From Spizellomyces punctatus DAOM BR117 (taxonomy: Eukaryota): a stretch of 64,000 bases of DNA. Of the stretch, positions 61,430 through 64,000 are shown in pieces (positions within the stretch are counted from its first letter, which is position 1; each line of letters starts with the position of its first letter). The notes beneath the pieces were generated by a model, which was not told the origin of the DNA, made no database searches, and was given only the letters and a program-made list of their open reading frames with translations. The stretch lies in NCBI GenBank assembly GCA_000182565.2, contig KQ257456.1; one strand, given 5' to 3'. The position numbers and the translations under genes are program-made.

Positions 61430-64000
61430 ATGCTTACTAGAAGAATACATAAAGCCTTTACACAAATACGGCCTCCATACGCAGCCCTTCGACACATACA
61501 TTCTCAACCTGGATCTCCAAACAGCGACCCGAAAGAAGATGGTCGTGAAGCCAGCGCTGAACAGGACGCGGAAGAGCTGCCCACTGAAGAAGAAGTCGAA
61601 GCGAACCGCAGCGCAGCTGCTAACTTTGCGCAAAACTCTTTTATTGGTGGTGCAAAGTACACAACTGTGCCAAGAGAGAAGGGTTCTGAACTGAACAAGG
61701 AGAAGAAACAGCATGTCCGTCGTGGACAGTCGCATGGCATGGTTGCGCCGGTGACGTTACAACATCTGGTCGGGTTGCGCCCTATGCCGATTGAAAGGAA
61801 TTTGCCACAGCTGATGAAAGTGCCTGCGAACGCTCACCGACTGGACGATACCTTCCCATATCCGGTTCACCCCAGTACCGTCTCGCAACTGCGGGCCACT
61901 GTATCTACTATGCTCCATCCGACATTGCACGCAGCTCATGTTGAACGACTTCCCTATCTTCGTGAAGGAATCGTTCTGTTGACATGTCCCCTGAAAGGAT
62001 CGGAAATATATCTTCGAACTTTGGCCACATCAGTGGCCGCCGAGAACAATGCCTTGTTTGTATCTGTCACCAATGACGATCTATTTGAACGATTGTCTGG
62101 GCATAAGGTTGTCACTGGGCCACCGTTAAAGACAGATCAGCATGGAGGGATGTATGGAGGTGGAGGGGGGCAGCGGCCAATGGGTCGGAGAAGAGCTCCG
62201 AGCATGCTCGCAGTCCAGCTGGTGCCAACGTTGGGTGGTGGAGGTAATATATCTGCACAACCGCAGGAAGACGATGCGGATTTGAATGAAGATGTGCCGT
62301 CTGTACCCTATCGTAAGTGTTGATCTTTTTTGAAGCTTATGAGAGTGATGCTGAAATGCGAGGTTTTGAACAGCTTGGTTCAAGGGTTACCAGAACAGTA
62401 AGGGCGAACGCCTAGTACTTGCCCGAAACCGAACTGGAGCTACGGAACCCTTGGGAGATGCACAGAAACTTATCGGCGATGCTTTTACGATCTTCTTCGA
62501 CAAGATTGCTGCAGAAAGCACTGGCCGACCAGTCATTATTTATTATGAGGATCTCCTCGCGCTACTTACCAGTGAGGAAGGCAAGCTGCCAGATCTGATT
62601 GCTTTACTCTCAAAGAGCCTGGAGAAGTGTAGGGACGAGGGAACAAATATCCTGCTGTTGGCACCACATACATCGACATTTCAAAAGACGTCTAATCAAG
62701 GAAATCGGATGGGTGGCATAGGGAATCTGATTAAAGCTCTGAACTCGGGTGAGGAAGATGGCCCACCTGATGAAGAGCCTGGGGGTCCTGGCGGTTTCAA
62801 CATTTTGGGTGGCCAACGGCGGCGACCCAAGGGGCTGTCGTACGATACGCCGCTTGATAAGTATCTTGGGGTGACTGCGGTCAATGTATTCCCGCCTCCG
62901 GGAGGCGAGCTAAAGAGGCTACAGAATCAGCTGGAAGATGATCTGCGGATACTGTATTGGAATGCCAACAAACGGGAACTTGCTCTTGCGGCGGGAGCAG
63001 CGGATGTTCAGCTCCCTCTGGCAGATGAGCGTCTATCCAAATTGATCACAGCACCTCCGCGACCCTCCAATGCCTCACTTGCGCTGCTTAGCGACCGTCT
63101 CCTTTCCCCCCTCGAAGTCGAAACATTAGTGTTTTTGAGCATTGACGCCTACCGCCAACGAAAACCTGATGGACGACGAAAATCAAAAAACAATGCCGTC
63201 TTGAGCGTCACCCCAGACGATTTCATTAATGCATGCAGCATTGGCTCTTTGGAACGAAACACGCTTGAGGATATGAAGAATGGGACTGCATATGCGGGTG
63301 TGTTCAAGAACCCTGGTGACAGAACGCGACTTTCGCAGCGTGAAGAGCAGTTGTTGGGCCAGTGTTTGGTGAAACCAGATCCGGCTGTGGCGTCTTTCCA
63401 AGGAGTGGGAGGTTTGAAGAAGACCAAACAGACGATTCAAGAGCTGATAAGACTACCATTACAACGACCTGAACTATTTGAAACGGGTATTCTACGGTGG
63501 GTTCTAAATCACGATTTTTAGCAACTGATGTAAAAATATTTATAGTTGGAGTTGGTCCATAGGCAAAGCACGACGGGTATATTATTGTTTGGTCCACCAG
63601 GAACTGGAAAGACATTACTAGCGCGTGCTGTGGCCGCAGAGTCTGGAGCGAATTTTCTCAACGTTCAAATGAGTGACATTCAGAGCATGTGGGTTGGCGA
63701 GAATGAAAAGGTGCGTCTAGTCGGGGTTCAAATTTGCTTTGGAATATCCAGAAAATACTTACATGTGACGGATACATACAAATAGAACGTAAAGTCTCTC
63801 TTTACCTTGGCTCGGAAGCTCAGGCCCTGCGTTATTTTTGTGGATGAGATTGACGCCCTACTACGTGCCCGACAAAGACATCAAGCCCATCATGTCACCA
63901 ATACCATCAACGAATTTATGCAAGAATGGGATGGGTTGCAAAGTGACTCCAATGGCGTGATCGTAGTCGGTGCAACAAACCGACCGTTTGATTTGGACGA
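61430..64000 (+). CDS. Msp1/ATAD1-family AAA ATPase, long mitochondrial-targeted form; runs off the window end
   Basis: FQGVGGL...[24 protein letters not shown] (Walker A), [16 protein letters not shown] (Walker B), [21 protein letters not shown]. Presequence-like N-terminus. Confidence 0.88.

Noticed and set aside
1-64000. A Fanzor/TnpB nuclease or transposase gene in the window
   Set aside because: No ORF shows RuvC motifs (DP(G/N), E, NRD with CxxC zinc finger) or a DDE transposase, so the effector must be encoded elsewhere.

Overview
Gene-dense, intron-rich eukaryotic DNA (short GT-AG introns with CTAAC/CTGAC branch points). Gene content (M36 fungalysin, ROD/KNTC1, AUR1-type synthase, Zn2Cys6 TF) suggests an early-diverging fungus, most likely a chytrid of the Spizellomyces type (inference). 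About 16 ordinary protein-coding genes are recognisable: a Jsn1/Puf2-type RRM+PUF protein, a large coiled-coil protein, a bHLH TF, fungalysin, an ERT1/AcuK-like TF, THADA/Trm732, a flavocytochrome b2 ending in SKL, OPI3/PEMT, a 2-oxoglutarate/malate carrier, a DHX57-like helicase, ROD/KNTC1, uL30m, AUR1, a DPBB/expansin-like protein, an EF-hand protein and an Msp1/ATAD1-type AAA ATPase. The main discovery is two related non-autonomous elements: copy A at 35885-36525 (-) and copy B at 57540-58281 (+). Each has ~30-bp imperfect TIRs and a TA at both ends, and encodes no transposase or nuclease. They share a TATA-containing 5' region and a short ORF, and end in a nearly invariant ~75-nt structured segment that finishes exactly at the right TA. 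That segment resembles the Fanzor1 omega-RNA scaffold (recalled from Spizellomyces SpuFz1, not database-checked), and copy B sits directly after CATA, the SpuFz1 TAM. They are best read as Fanzor 'ghost' loci that could supply guide RNAs in trans. CDS coordinates are start-to-stop spans including introns, with splice sites inferred by eye.
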